From Pseudomonas sp. (lineage in GTDB: Bacteria > Pseudomonadota > Gammaproteobacteria > Pseudomonadales > Pseudomonadaceae), in assembly GCA_034670165.1 (NCBI GenBank), contig JAXMNZ010000007.1, positions 39,293 to 103,292 on the forward strand: a stretch of 64,000 bases of DNA. Reading direction: 5' to 3'. Below the pieces are notes generated by a model. It had not been told where the DNA came from and ran no database searches. It saw only the letters and a program-made list of their open reading frames with translations. Position numbers and translations under genes: made by a program. Of this stretch, positions 9,238-18,528 are shown piece by piece. Each line of letters starts with the position of its first letter. The first letter of the stretch is position 1.

Positions 9238-10485
9238 ATGCCAGCCAGCCCCTCCTCCACCTCCAGCGTCGCCGTGATAGGTGCCGGTCCGGCAGGCTTG
9301 ATGGCCGCCGAAACGCTCGCTCAGCGGGGCCTGCAAGTGGATATCTACGACGCCATGCCCTCCCCGGGCCGTAAATTCCTGCTGGCTGGCGTGGGCGGCA
9401 TGAACATTACCCATTCCGAAGACGCCGACCAGTTTGTCGGGCGTTACCGCGAAGCCAGTCCCTGGGTCGGCACCTGGCTGCACCAGCTGGATGCCGAGCA
9501 GCTGCGCCACTGGGTCCATGACCTGGGCGTGGAGACCTTCGTCGGCTCCTCCGGCCGTGTATTTCCGATCGAGATGAAGGCGGCGCCCCTGCTGCGTGCC
9601 TGGCTGCGCCGGCTGCGCGAATCGGGCGTGCGCCTGCATACCCGGCATCGCTGGACCGGTTGGGATGCCCAGCATCGTCCCGTGTTCGAGACACCGACAG
9701 GTAAGTTGACGTGTAACCCGGCCGCTACCGTGCTGGCCCTGGGTGGCGGCAGCTGGGCCCGTCTGGGCAGCGATGGCGCCTGGACAACAGTCCTGCAGGA
9801 ACGCGGCGTGGACGTAACACCCCTGCTGCCCGCCAACTGCGGCTTTACCGTCGGCTGGAGCCCCTACCTGGCCGAGCGGTTTGCCGGTGCACCTCTGAAG
9901 CAGGTCATCGCGACGGTGCAGCTGGCCGATGGATCGGCTCTGACCCGCCGCGGGGAGTGTGTTGTCACCCGCGACGGCCTGGAGGGCAGTCTGGTGTACG
10001 CCCTGTCCGCCCCGCTCCGCGATCGCGTCATCGCCGACGGCAGCGCACAACTGCTGCTGGACCTGGCTCCGGATCGCAGCCTGGACGAACTCAAGGCGAC
10101 CCTGGCCAGACCGCGCAAGGGGCAATCGCTGGCATCGGTGCTGCGCAAAAGGGCCGGCCTGGATCCGCTGAAAACAGCCTTGCTGCACGAGCGTCTCGGT
10201 GCGCAGACCCTGGCTGATCCACTGCGCCTGGCACAGGGGATCAAGGCGCTACCGGTCGTGCTCAGCGCAACCCGGCCACTGGACGAAGCCATCAGCAGTG
10301 CCGGCGGCGTGAAACGCCGGGCGATGGCACAGGGACTGATGCTGAGTGCACTGCCCGGCGTGTTCTGCGCCGGTGAAATGCTCGACTGGGAAGCGCCTAC
10401 CGGCGGCTACCTGCTGACGGCCTGCTTTGCCAGCGGCCGGGCGGCGGGTAACGACGCGGCAGACTGGCTCAGCGCTGGATCTTGA
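9238..10485 (+). CDS. NAD(P)/FAD-dependent oxidoreductase, HI0933/BaiN-like (TIGR03862-type flavoprotein)
   Basis: FAD fold VAVIGAGPAGLMAA, FLLAGVGGMNITH, C-terminal GEMLDWEAPTGGYLL. ATG 9238 preferred to the TTG at 9217 used by the track. Confidence 0.75.
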   Translation: MPASPSSTSSVAVIGAGPAGLMAAETLAQRGLQVDIYDAMPSPGRKFLLAGVGGMNITHSEDADQFVGRYREASPWVGTWLHQLDAEQLRHWVHDLGVETFVGSSGRVFPIEMKAAPLLRAWLRRLRESGVRLHTRHRWTGWDAQHRPVFETPTGKLTCNPAATVLALGGGSWARLGSDGAWTTVLQERGVDVTPLLPANCGFTVGWSPYLAERFAGAPLKQVIATVQLADGSALTRRGECVVTRDGLEGSLVYALSAPLRDRVIADGSAQLLLDLAPDRSLDELKATLARPRKGQSLASVLRKRAGLDPLKTALLHERLGAQTLADPLRLAQGIKALPVVLSATRPLDEAISSAGGVKRRAMAQGLMLSALPGVFCAGEMLDWEAPTGGYLLTACFASGRAAGNDAADWLSAGS

Positions 10486-11290
10486 CGCCGGACAGCCTCG
10501 GCAGCATCCAGCGTTCGAACAGCCGGGGAAAGAAGCGCGAGAGAAAACGTGCCCGCCAGTCCACATTGGACAATACCAGCAAGCGTTTGCGCCTGACCGC
10601 GCCCAGATAGATCTCATCGGCCACATCATTGGGCGACGCCACCTTGAAGGGCGCAACAATGCTCGCCTGATTGATCGAGCCATCGCCCACCAGCGCGTTC
10701 TTGCGAATATCAGTGGCGGTGTAACCGGGGCTCACCAGCATCACATTGACCCCCTGCTCACGCACCTCCAGACGCAATGTCTCGAACAGACCGTGCAGGG
10801 CGTGCTTGCTCGCATTGTAGGCACTGCGATAGAGCAGCGGCGCGAAACCGGAAATGGAACTGAGCACGATGATCTGCCCCTTGCGCTCAAGCAGGCTTTC
10901 CAGGGCGTGACGGGTGCAGTGCAGGGCGCCGAAATAGTTCACCGCCATGATCCGCTGGAACACTTCCAGATCGGTGCTGGCGAACTCGCTGCGGTGGGTA
11001 ATGCCGGCGTTGTTGATCAGCAGGTCGATACCGCCAAAATGCTCGATGACCTGACAGATGGCCTGCTGACAGGCATCGTCATCGGCCACATCGCAGTGAA
11101 TCGCAAGCACCTCGGCGTTGACCTTGGTCATCAGCTGCTCGCGGAATGCGACCAGCGGCTCATCCTGCACGTCCAGAATCGCGATCCGGGCGCCGGCCTG
11201 GGCAAAGCGCAACGCCAGCGCCCGACCGATTCCGGCGCACCCGCCCGTCACCACCACCACCTTCTGCTGAAACATGCCTCTGGCCATCAT
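10469..11290 (-). CDS. SDR family oxidoreductase
   Basis: VVVTGGCAGIGRALA (TGxxxGIG), NNAG and YNASKHAL (YxxxK). Start ambiguous among ATGs at 11290, 11287 and 11275. The 3-prime end overlaps the convergent flavoprotein gene by 17 nt. Confidence 0.8.
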   Translation of the reverse strand: MMARGMFQQKVVVVTGGCAGIGRALALRFAQAGARIAILDVQDEPLVAFREQLMTKVNAEVLAIHCDVADDDACQQAICQVIEHFGGIDLLINNAGITHRSEFASTDLEVFQRIMAVNYFGALHCTRHALESLLERKGQIIVLSSISGFAPLLYRSAYNASKHALHGLFETLRLEVREQGVNVMLVSPGYTATDIRKNALVGDGSINQASIVAPFKVASPNDVADEIYLGAVRRKRLLVLSNVDWRARFLSRFFPRLFERWMLPRLSGVKIQR

Positions 11291-11353
11291 CTTCTCCCAC
11301 CGCCAATGCTTGAAAGAGTGGGCCAAAACCGCCGAGGCTGCAAGGCGAGTGCC

Positions 11354-11417
11354 AGCAGCCTGTCGGGCTTAGGCGTTCGTAGCGAGGGTAGAACAGACCC
11401 AAGTCCGACAGGCTGCT
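11354..11417. repeat. 13-bp perfect inverted repeat spanning the pdxH stop codon
   Basis: AGCAGCCTGTCGG (11354-11366) and CCGACAGGCTGCT (11405-11417), separated by 38 nt. Confidence 0.7.
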
Positions 11418-12057
11418 AGGGAGCCAGACGCTCGCGCTGCCACTGGCCATCAACCAGGCGGTAACAGAGGCGGTCATGCAGACGGCTGGGTCTGCCCTGC
11501 CAGAACTCGATCAACTGGGGTTTGAGTCGCAGGCCGCCCCAGTGCTCCGGACGCGGCGGCTCCTGATCAGCGTATTGCGCCTGCAAGCGGGCAAGGTTGT
11601 CTTCCAGCACCTGTCTGCTGGCGATCACTTCACTCTGGGGCGAGGCCCAGGCGCCAAGCCGGCTGCCAACAGGGCGGCTATGGTAGTAGGCGTCCGATTC
11701 CTCGTCGCTGACGCGCTCCACCTCCCCCTCGATCCGCACCTGGCGCTCCAGATCGTGCCACCAGAAGGTCATGGCTGCCTTGGGCCGTTCGAGCAATTGC
11801 CGACCCTTAGCACTCTGGTAATTGGTAAAGAAGACAAAGCCGCGTTCGTCCGCGCCCTTGAGCAGCAAGGTGCGCAGATGCGGCTGGTTGTCCGCGTCGA
11901 CGCTGGCCAGCATCATGGCGTTGGCTTCCGTGGATTCAATTTCCACCGCCTGTTCGAACCAGCTGGCAAACAAGCTCAGCGGCTCATTCGGCGCATTGTC
12001 CTCGAGCAACCCGTCACGGGTGTAATTGCGGCGCAGATCGGCAATATCGGACTTCAT
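11416..12057 (-). CDS. pdxH: pyridoxamine 5'-phosphate oxidase
   Basis: [25 protein letters not shown]...[27 protein letters not shown]...[14 protein letters not shown]. Start moved to ATG 12057 ([12 protein letters not shown]). Confidence 0.92.
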   Translation of the reverse strand: MKSDIADLRRNYTRDGLLEDNAPNEPLSLFASWFEQAVEIESTEANAMMLASVDADNQPHLRTLLLKGADERGFVFFTNYQSAKGRQLLERPKAAMTFWWHDLERQVRIEGEVERVSDEESDAYYHSRPVGSRLGAWASPQSEVIASRQVLEDNLARLQAQYADQEPPRPEHWGGLRLKPQLIEFWQGRPSRLHDRLCYRLVDGQWQRERLAP

Positions 12058-12135
12058 TGAAAAGGCTCCCTTGAATGATAGTGCCAATCCTAGCACTGCC
12101 GATGCCGTGCGCATTGATCCCGGACAAGGCTTGTT

Positions 12136-13308
12136 TCAATCACTGCGCCGCAGGCACTGATACACCGCGCGGCTGAGCTCCCGTGCACGCGGATCCATGA
12201 GTACGTAGGGCCCCATGGCATTGGTGACGAAGCCAAAGCCGACCTGGGCCTGCGGATCGCAGAAACCCAGACAGCCGCCGGCGCCCGGATGTCCATAGGC
12301 TTGGGAGCCCATGCCGAAGCCGCCCCCCTCATAGCCCTGATCCAGCATGACGCCCAGGCCGAACCGGGTGGGTGCGAGCAGGGTCCGATCCATGCCCTGG
12401 ACATGTTCGCGGCGCATCTGGTCGACCAGGTCGGCATCCAGCAACCGCACGCCGTCCAGCGTGCCGCCATGGGCCATCAGCTGCCAGAAACGGGCCAGAG
12501 AACGGGCATTTCCGGTACCGTTGGCCGACAGGATTTCAGCCTGCTGCCATTGCCGCTCATTGCTGCTCACCATCATGCTGGATGGGTTGCCGAAGGCCTT
12601 GAAGCCCAGCCCTTCAGGTTGCCCCATCGAGGCAAACAGCGCCCGGGCGTAGGCGTCGCCAAACTGATTGCGCAGACGCGAGAGGTGGGCAATACGCGGC
12701 AATGCCTCATCCGGCACCCCGACAAAGAAATCCATCCCCAGTGGCTTGCAGATATGCTCCTGGATATAGGCGCCCGGGCGGGTGTTGCTGACCCGTCGCA
12801 GTGGCTCGCCAATCAGCCAGGCATAGGTCACCGGCGCATAGCCGTGTGCCTCGCCGGGGGGCCACCAGGGCCGTTGCGCGGCCAGCGCACTGCTCATGGC
12901 GTCCCAGTCAAACAGCGCTTCCGGCGGCAGAGTCTCGGTAATTGCGGACAGTCCGGATTGGTGACTGAGCACCTGGCGCAGGGTGATCTGTTCTTTCCCG
13001 GCCTGGGCAAACTCGGGCCAGACCTCGGCCACGGGCGCATCCAGCTCGATACGGCCCGACTCGACCTGTTGCAGGATGGCCACGGCCCCGAGCGGCTTGG
13101 TGCAGGAAAACACGTTGACCAGCGTATCCTGCTCCCATACCTGCTGGTTTTCCTTGTCCACCACGCCCTGCCACAGGTCCAGCACGGTTTCTCCGCCTAC
13201 GGTCACACACAATGCACTGCCGCGGGCCTGTTCATCGCGCTGTTGCGCGGCAAAGAGGTCACGTACGGATTCGAAACGCGGATCGAAATAACCCTGGACG
13301 TTACTCAT
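12136..13308 (-). CDS. serine hydrolase, beta-lactamase/esterase (class C-related) family
   Basis: SxxK nucleophile motif in VFSCTKPLGA. 390 aa, with the typical length and layout of EstB-like esterases. Confidence 0.8.
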   Translation of the reverse strand: MSNVQGYFDPRFESVRDLFAAQQRDEQARGSALCVTVGGETVLDLWQGVVDKENQQVWEQDTLVNVFSCTKPLGAVAILQQVESGRIELDAPVAEVWPEFAQAGKEQITLRQVLSHQSGLSAITETLPPEALFDWDAMSSALAAQRPWWPPGEAHGYAPVTYAWLIGEPLRRVSNTRPGAYIQEHICKPLGMDFFVGVPDEALPRIAHLSRLRNQFGDAYARALFASMGQPEGLGFKAFGNPSSMMVSSNERQWQQAEILSANGTGNARSLARFWQLMAHGGTLDGVRLLDADLVDQMRREHVQGMDRTLLAPTRFGLGVMLDQGYEGGGFGMGSQAYGHPGAGGCLGFCDPQAQVGFGFVTNAMGPYVLMDPRARELSRAVYQCLRRSD

Positions 13309-13509
13309 GGTAAGGATTCCCTGTTAGAGGTTGTTATGGGGTTATTAGACCCGAGCTTCACGGCGATTTCAGTACGTATAACGCTGGATATGCTCTTGAT
13401 ATGAAGCGGAATGATAAAACCGAAACCCCATACTGCCAGCACGTGCCGGTCGCGTTCCCCAAACGGCAACAATGAAGCGCCGTGAACCCCGAGCACCCAC
13501 AGGGTTTAA

Positions 13510-13530
13510 CTTCCAGCTTCCAGCTTCCAG
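13510..13530. repeat. tandem heptamer (CTTCCAG)x3
   Basis: Three perfect consecutive copies, followed by related low-complexity CTTGCCGC / CTGCCGC units up to 13595. Confidence 0.8.
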
Positions 13531-13605
13531 CTGAAAACTCATCTTCAAAGCTCGTTCAACTTGCCGCTTGAAGCTTGCCACCTGCCGCCTGCCGCTTTTT
13601 TACGG

Positions 13606-15738
13606 CTAGTCGATCTCCCGACGAAACGGGGGCAATGCATTAAGGATCGCCTTGCCATAACGCTGGGTCACCAGCCGGCGGTCCAGCAAAGTGACGGTAC
13701 CGCTATCCTGTTCGTTGCGCAGCAGGCGGCCGCAGGCCTGGATCAGGCGCAGGCAGGCGTCGGGCACGGCGATCTCCATGAAGGGATTGCCGCCATTGCG
13801 CTCGATCCACTCCGAGAGCGCGGCCTCGACCGGGTCATCCGGCACGGCAAAGGGGATCTTGGCGATGACCACATGCTCGCAGTATCGGCCCGGCAGATCG
13901 ACACCCTCGGCAAAACTGGCCAGGCCGAAAATCACGCTTTTCTGCTGTTCATCAACCCGTGACCGGTGCTGGCGAATCAGCTCCTGCTTGGAGAGATCGC
14001 CCTGCACCAGTATCCGTTCACGAAAGGCACTGCCCAGCCCCGCATAGACTTCCAGCATCTGGCGCCGGGACGAGAACAGCACCAGACTGCCAAGGGCCTC
14101 TTCGAGAATACCCGGCAGATGCTGGATGATCGCGGCACTGTGACCGGCGCTGTCACGGGGATCGGCGCCGAGATCGGGAATGCGCAGCACGCCCTTCTCG
14201 GCATAGCGGAACGGGCTCGGGGCCATGGTGCACACCGCGCCACGGGGCAGCCCGGCGCGCTGACTGAAACGATCGAAACGGCCCAGGGCAGTCAGGGTGG
14301 CGGAGGTCACCAGGCAACCGAAGGCGCTGTGCCAGAGAAACTGACGCAGGGTATCAGCGGCCAGAATCGGACTGACGTGCACCTCGATGTCGTTCTGTTC
14401 GGTCAGGGTCAGCCAGCGCGCGGTGGGCGGCTTCTCGGGCGGATCCACCAGGCAGAACTGGGTCCATAGCGTCCAGTTGCCTTCCGAGCGGGCAAGCAAG
14501 GCACCAAACAGGGGGTACCATTCCTCGGCCTGGTGGGAGGTCACCCCGACGGCTTCCCCGTCCATGGCATCCTTGAGCTGGTCCACCAGCCGTTGCAGGA
14601 GGTCGGTAATGCGGCCAAAACCGGCTTTCAACTCCACGCCCATGTCGCACAGATGCTCGGGGACGACGCCGTCCTTGAAGCGATGCTGTGGTCGCACCTG
14701 GCCGCTGAGATCCTCGGCACTGGCAAAGTCGGACACCTCGGTCAGCGCCTGGGCCATGAATTGCTGGTGCGGCTTGAGATCACGGGCCACCTGCGGCACC
14801 TGCTCCAGGGTCCGGCCGAAATCTCCGGGCAAGGGGTTCTGCGCCAGCAGCTTGGTCAGATTCTTGTCCAGCTGATCGAGCCAGTCGGCCGTGGCCGCCA
14901 TGCGCGTGTGATGGGCAAAGTGGGCGATGGCCTTGTCCGGCAGGTGGTGACCCTCATCGAAAATATACAGGCAGTCGCGCGGATCGGGGAGGATGGCACC
15001 GCCACCCAGTGCCAGATCGGCCAGCACCAGATCGTGGTTGGTGACGATCACATCGACCTTCTGCACACCCTCGCGGGCCTTGTAGAAGACACACTGGTTG
15101 AAATGACCGCAGCGGCGATTGGTGCACTGGATATGGTCCGTGGTCAGCCGCGACCAGTCCTGGTCATCCAGTGCCGCCGGCCAGGAATCACGCTCGCCGT
15201 CCCACTTGCTGGTGGCCAGCGCGTCTACCATGCTGCTGTACAGCTTGAGGCCGGCCTCATCGATATCCAGCTTGAACCCTTCATCGGCAAAGCCCTGCTG
15301 GCGGCTGGCTGCAGACTGGTTCTCGCTGAGCAGCTGATCGAGCTTGGACAGGCAGACATAACGCCCCCGCCCCTTGGCCAGCGAGAACTGGAAATTGAGC
15401 CCGGCGTTGCGCTGGATATCCGGCAGATCCTTGAGCACGATCTGTTCCTGCAAGGCCACGGTCGCCGTTGAAATAACCAGCGGCTTGCCCAGATGCCGGG
15501 CGATCGGGATTGCTGCCAGACAATAGGCGACTGTCTTGCCGGTACCGGTTCCGGCTTCGACCACGGCCACGGCAGGCTCGCCGGCACGGCGGCCCTCGTC
15601 GTCGAGCTTGATGCCACCGAACAGCTTGGCCACTTCGGCAATCATGACCCGCTGGCCATAGCGCGGCTTGAGGGACTTGTTTTCGAGGAAGGTGCGGTAG
15701 GCCGTCTGGATCTGGCCTTTCAGTTGATCATTCAGCAT
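13606..15738 (-). CDS. dinG: ATP-dependent DNA helicase DinG
   Basis: Walker A VEAGTGTGKT, Cys-rich Fe-S region (CTNRRCGHFNQC), DEGHHL box, C-terminal helicase blocks. Start moved to ATG 15738 (MLNDQLKGQ), which has GGAG 5 nt upstream. Confidence 0.9.
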   Translation of the reverse strand: MLNDQLKGQIQTAYRTFLENKSLKPRYGQRVMIAEVAKLFGGIKLDDEGRRAGEPAVAVVEAGTGTGKTVAYCLAAIPIARHLGKPLVISTATVALQEQIVLKDLPDIQRNAGLNFQFSLAKGRGRYVCLSKLDQLLSENQSAASRQQGFADEGFKLDIDEAGLKLYSSMVDALATSKWDGERDSWPAALDDQDWSRLTTDHIQCTNRRCGHFNQCVFYKAREGVQKVDVIVTNHDLVLADLALGGGAILPDPRDCLYIFDEGHHLPDKAIAHFAHHTRMAATADWLDQLDKNLTKLLAQNPLPGDFGRTLEQVPQVARDLKPHQQFMAQALTEVSDFASAEDLSGQVRPQHRFKDGVVPEHLCDMGVELKAGFGRITDLLQRLVDQLKDAMDGEAVGVTSHQAEEWYPLFGALLARSEGNWTLWTQFCLVDPPEKPPTARWLTLTEQNDIEVHVSPILAADTLRQFLWHSAFGCLVTSATLTALGRFDRFSQRAGLPRGAVCTMAPSPFRYAEKGVLRIPDLGADPRDSAGHSAAIIQHLPGILEEALGSLVLFSSRRQMLEVYAGLGSAFRERILVQGDLSKQELIRQHRSRVDEQQKSVIFGLASFAEGVDLPGRYCEHVVIAKIPFAVPDDPVEAALSEWIERNGGNPFMEIAVPDACLRLIQACGRLLRNEQDSGTVTLLDRRLVTQRYGKAILNALPPFRREID

Positions 15739-15895
15739 GCGGGCTCCAGGCAAGAGCGGCATCATATCACTTCAGGCCGGGACGGGCTTGCCGTTGCTGC
15801 GGGCCGGCAGGTAACCTCTGGTTGCAGTTTGCACTTGCGAGGATAGCTCGCAGACCCGATTCTGACCCTTCAACCATCGCCCCACCGGAACGCCC

Positions 15896-16381
15896 ATGTC
15901 CAGCACTCCTACCCAGGCCCTTTTGGGCATTCTTGATCAGTACCAGCCCCAAAGGCTGCTGTGTATCAGCGGAGACCCGATTCCGGCTGTCGCGGCCTAC
16001 ATCGAACAGCATCCGCAGTGCGCGTTGTTCGAAACCCATCAGGTGCCGCTTGCCGATGAGCTGGCCAACCAGCGCTATGACATGGCGATCGTGGCGGACC
16101 AGTTGGAGAAGCTGGACAAGCGTCAGGGCGTCGAACTGCTGGCCGGCCTGCGCAACCTGTCCGTCAGCCGCATGGCCGTGCTGGTAGAGCTGGAGCAGGC
16201 CCCCGACTGGCAGGCCAGCGACTTCTATGGGCTGGCGATGCAGCGCGATGCCCGCTTCGAGAAGGATCAGCGCTGCCTTACCCTGTTTACCTATGACCTT
16301 GCCGAATACAAGACTGTCCCCGACTGGTTGAATGCCAAGTACTGGGCCAATCCGGAAAACTTCGACCGCTACTGGTGGTAG
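15896..16381 (+). CDS. conserved hypothetical protein (DUF6231-like, from memory)
   Basis: 161-aa ORF with host-like codon usage. The C-terminal [29 protein letters not shown] tail resembles small proteins found next to dinG in pseudomonads. The family assignment is from recall only. Confidence 0.55.
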   Translation: MSSTPTQALLGILDQYQPQRLLCISGDPIPAVAAYIEQHPQCALFETHQVPLADELANQRYDMAIVADQLEKLDKRQGVELLAGLRNLSVSRMAVLVELEQAPDWQASDFYGLAMQRDARFEKDQRCLTLFTYDLAEYKTVPDWLNAKYWANPENFDRYWW

Positions 16382-16383
16382 TC

Positions 16384-16857
16384 ATGCAGCCTGGCGTCCG
16401 CTCCGAACCCTGCCCCTGCGGCAGCGCGCTGCTCTACCAGGACTGCTGTGGCCGCCTGCACAGCGGGCAGCCCGCCGAGACCGCCGAACAACTGATGCGG
16501 TCGCGGTACTGCGCCTATACGCTCGGATTGATTGATTATCTTGTGAACACCACGTTGCCCGCACAACAGGCTCGGCTGGATGTCGCAGCAATGGCACAGT
16601 GGAGCAGGGAAAGCAGCTGGCTGGGATTGCAGGTGGAGACAGCTGCCGGGCGCGGCAATGATCAGGCTCAGGTCACCTTTACTGCGCGTTGGCGCGACCC
16701 GGACGGGAGCCCGCAGCAGCACCGGGAATGCTCCGATTTTGTCAGAAAGGAGGGCCGCTGGTATTTCATCGACCCCAATCATCGGGATGACAGCGGTCGC
16801 AATGCACCCTGCCCCTGCGGTTCCGGCAAGAAATACAAGCGTTGCTGCGCGATCTGA
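16384..16857 (+). CDS. ychJ: YchJ family protein (UPF0225, SEC-C motifs)
   Basis: N-terminal [14 protein letters not shown] and C-terminal [17 protein letters not shown] metal-binding motifs. ATG 16384 lies just after the upstream stop. Confidence 0.85.
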   Translation: MQPGVRSEPCPCGSALLYQDCCGRLHSGQPAETAEQLMRSRYCAYTLGLIDYLVNTTLPAQQARLDVAAMAQWSRESSWLGLQVETAAGRGNDQAQVTFTARWRDPDGSPQQHRECSDFVRKEGRWYFIDPNHRDDSGRNAPCPCGSGKKYKRCCAI

Positions 16858-16894
16858 AGCCGCTAGCCCTGTCGCCATGGCCAGCCCAGCCGGC

Positions 16895-17428
16895 TCAGTC
16901 CTCCAGCTTGAGGTGGTCGGTATTGGGTACTGGCGCCCCTTCCGATCGCTTGAGCTCATCCAGATCCGCGCCCGGCGGTGCCAGGCTCAGTGCAGACAGG
17001 TCTATCGGCAGAGGCGTGAACGTCTCGTACTCATGCTGCATGTCACTACCCACCGGTGCAATGTCGAAATCGGGCGCCTCGACATCGCTGAAGGCAGCCA
17101 TGTAGGCATCGCGGGGCTCGACTCTGGACCTTTTGGGCTCGGCGCCGGCCGCGGGGGCTGACGCTGGCTGCTCCGCTACCGGCTCGGCCGGAGAGTCGGA
17201 CGCCATCGGATCGATACTGCACAGCGCTCCCGCCCGCTCTATTGCCTGGCGGTATTTCTGCGCTGCGGACTCATCCAGACCCTGCTTGATGACCACCCGG
17301 CGGCCGGAAAACAGCACATCCAGTTGCTCGCCTCCGACCTGGAACAGCTGGCCAATGCGTGCGCGGGCCTGCTCCTGGGTTACACCGGAACGTACCTGTC
17401 CTTGAAAAGCGATTTCGAAAAGAGGCAT
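16895..17428 (-). CDS. hypothetical protein (small folded N-domain plus acidic low-complexity tail)
   Basis: 177-aa ORF. N-terminus MPLFEIAFQGQVRSGVTQEQARARIGQLFQ...IKQGLDESAAQKYRQAIERAGA, then a Pro/Ala/Glu/Asp-rich tail. No family recognised. Confidence 0.55.
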   Translation of the reverse strand: MPLFEIAFQGQVRSGVTQEQARARIGQLFQVGGEQLDVLFSGRRVVIKQGLDESAAQKYRQAIERAGALCSIDPMASDSPAEPVAEQPASAPAAGAEPKRSRVEPRDAYMAAFSDVEAPDFDIAPVGSDMQHEYETFTPLPIDLSALSLAPPGADLDELKRSEGAPVPNTDHLKLED

Positions 17429-17547
17429 CTTGTCTCTCCCTGGGAATGATTAGTCCTGCAGCAATGGCGCCATTTGATTAGTATGGACAGACGCGAGCAG
17501 TCCGGCAACACGATAAAATTCAGTCTGCTGCTTACCAGGAGGGAGAC

Positions 17548-18018
17548 ATGTTCAGAATCGCTGCGGCCTTGGTCCTGATGACAGGTCTGGCACTTGTGAC
17601 CGGCTGCTCCATGTTTGGTCCGTCCTACACCAAACCCGAGATTGCCCTGGCCAACGTCGAGATGCTCAAGGCCAACCTGTGGGAGCAGTCGTTCCGGCTC
17701 CGCCTGCGTGTCGACAATCCCAATGACCGCAGCCTGCCCATACGCGGCATGCAGTACCAGATATATCTGAACGATGCCCGCCTGGCGACCGGTGTCAGCG
17801 ATCAGGCGTTTACCGTGCCGGCCTACGGCTCGGAATATTTTGAATTGAATGTGCGCTCCAACCTGTGGCGCCACATTGGAGACATAGTCAGACTGGTGGA
17901 AACCCAGCAGGCCATCGATTATCGGATAGAAGGTCATATCCGCACCGGCCTGTTCTTTTCGCCCACGCTGACGCTGCGAGAAAAGGGCACCCTGGACCCC
18001 GCAGACCTGAGTCTCTGA
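17548..18018 (+). CDS. LEA type 2 (WHy-like) family lipoprotein
   Basis: Signal peptide with lipobox (LALVTGCS). Mature part (LRLRVDNPNDRSLPIRGMQYQIYLND...) resembles LEA_2 domain proteins. GGAGG RBS upstream. Confidence 0.65.
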   Translation: MFRIAAALVLMTGLALVTGCSMFGPSYTKPEIALANVEMLKANLWEQSFRLRLRVDNPNDRSLPIRGMQYQIYLNDARLATGVSDQAFTVPAYGSEYFELNVRSNLWRHIGDIVRLVETQQAIDYRIEGHIRTGLFFSPTLTLREKGTLDPADLSL

Positions 18019-18022
18019 GATT

Positions 18023-18472
18023 ATGACAACACTGAACATGCTCGCCCTGGCAGGACTGATCATCATTCTGGTACTGGCTGCCTATGCCCTGTCGCTCTGG
18101 CGGGAAGTCCGCCGCAAGACCGAACTGGAACAGCAGCAACAGCACGACCGTGAACAGCGCCTGGCCGAAGACATCGAGTTCCTGGCGCAGAGCCTGGTCA
18201 ACGGTCAGGTACCACCCATCGAGGGTGCCATACGCATCAAGGTGCTGCTGGACAATTACACCGGCCCGCGCCGGGAGATGCTCGATCTGGCCGTATTCGA
18301 GACGGTCTATGACGCGACTGCGCACATCCCGACCCACCAGGCCTGGAAGGACCTGCCGCGCACCACCCGCAGGGAGCATGAAGAGACCATGCTGGCCATC
18401 GAAACCGGCCACAAATCACGCCTCGAGGAAGCTGCAGCGCAGTTGAGCCAGGGCCTGGCCGACAAGCGCTGA
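18023..18472 (+). CDS. DUF2489 domain-containing membrane protein
   Basis: One N-terminal TM segment (LALAGLIIILVLAAYALSLW), then a charged helical region. Starts 4 nt after the LEA_2 gene stop, so probably co-transcribed. Confidence 0.62.
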   Translation: MTTLNMLALAGLIIILVLAAYALSLWREVRRKTELEQQQQHDREQRLAEDIEFLAQSLVNGQVPPIEGAIRIKVLLDNYTGPRREMLDLAVFETVYDATAHIPTHQAWKDLPRTTRREHEETMLAIETGHKSRLEEAAAQLSQGLADKR

Positions 18473-18495
18473 CAGGCTTGCCGCCGGGTTCTGAA

Positions 18496-18520
18496 CCTGC
18501 CGGGCAGGAAGCCCGGCAGG
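18496..18520. terminator. GC-rich hairpin between convergent DUF2489 and SDR genes (terminator-like, no T-run)
   Basis: CCTGCCGGGC-aggaa-GCCCGGCAGG, a perfect 10-bp stem. Confidence 0.4.
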
Positions 18521-18528
18521 GTATTGGA

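Noticed and set aside
13510-13600. Short tandem repeats as a CRISPR-like or minisatellite array.
   Set aside because: The units are 7-8 nt with no spacers, only three perfect copies, and no cas genes in the window. It is a simple microsatellite or low-complexity tract.
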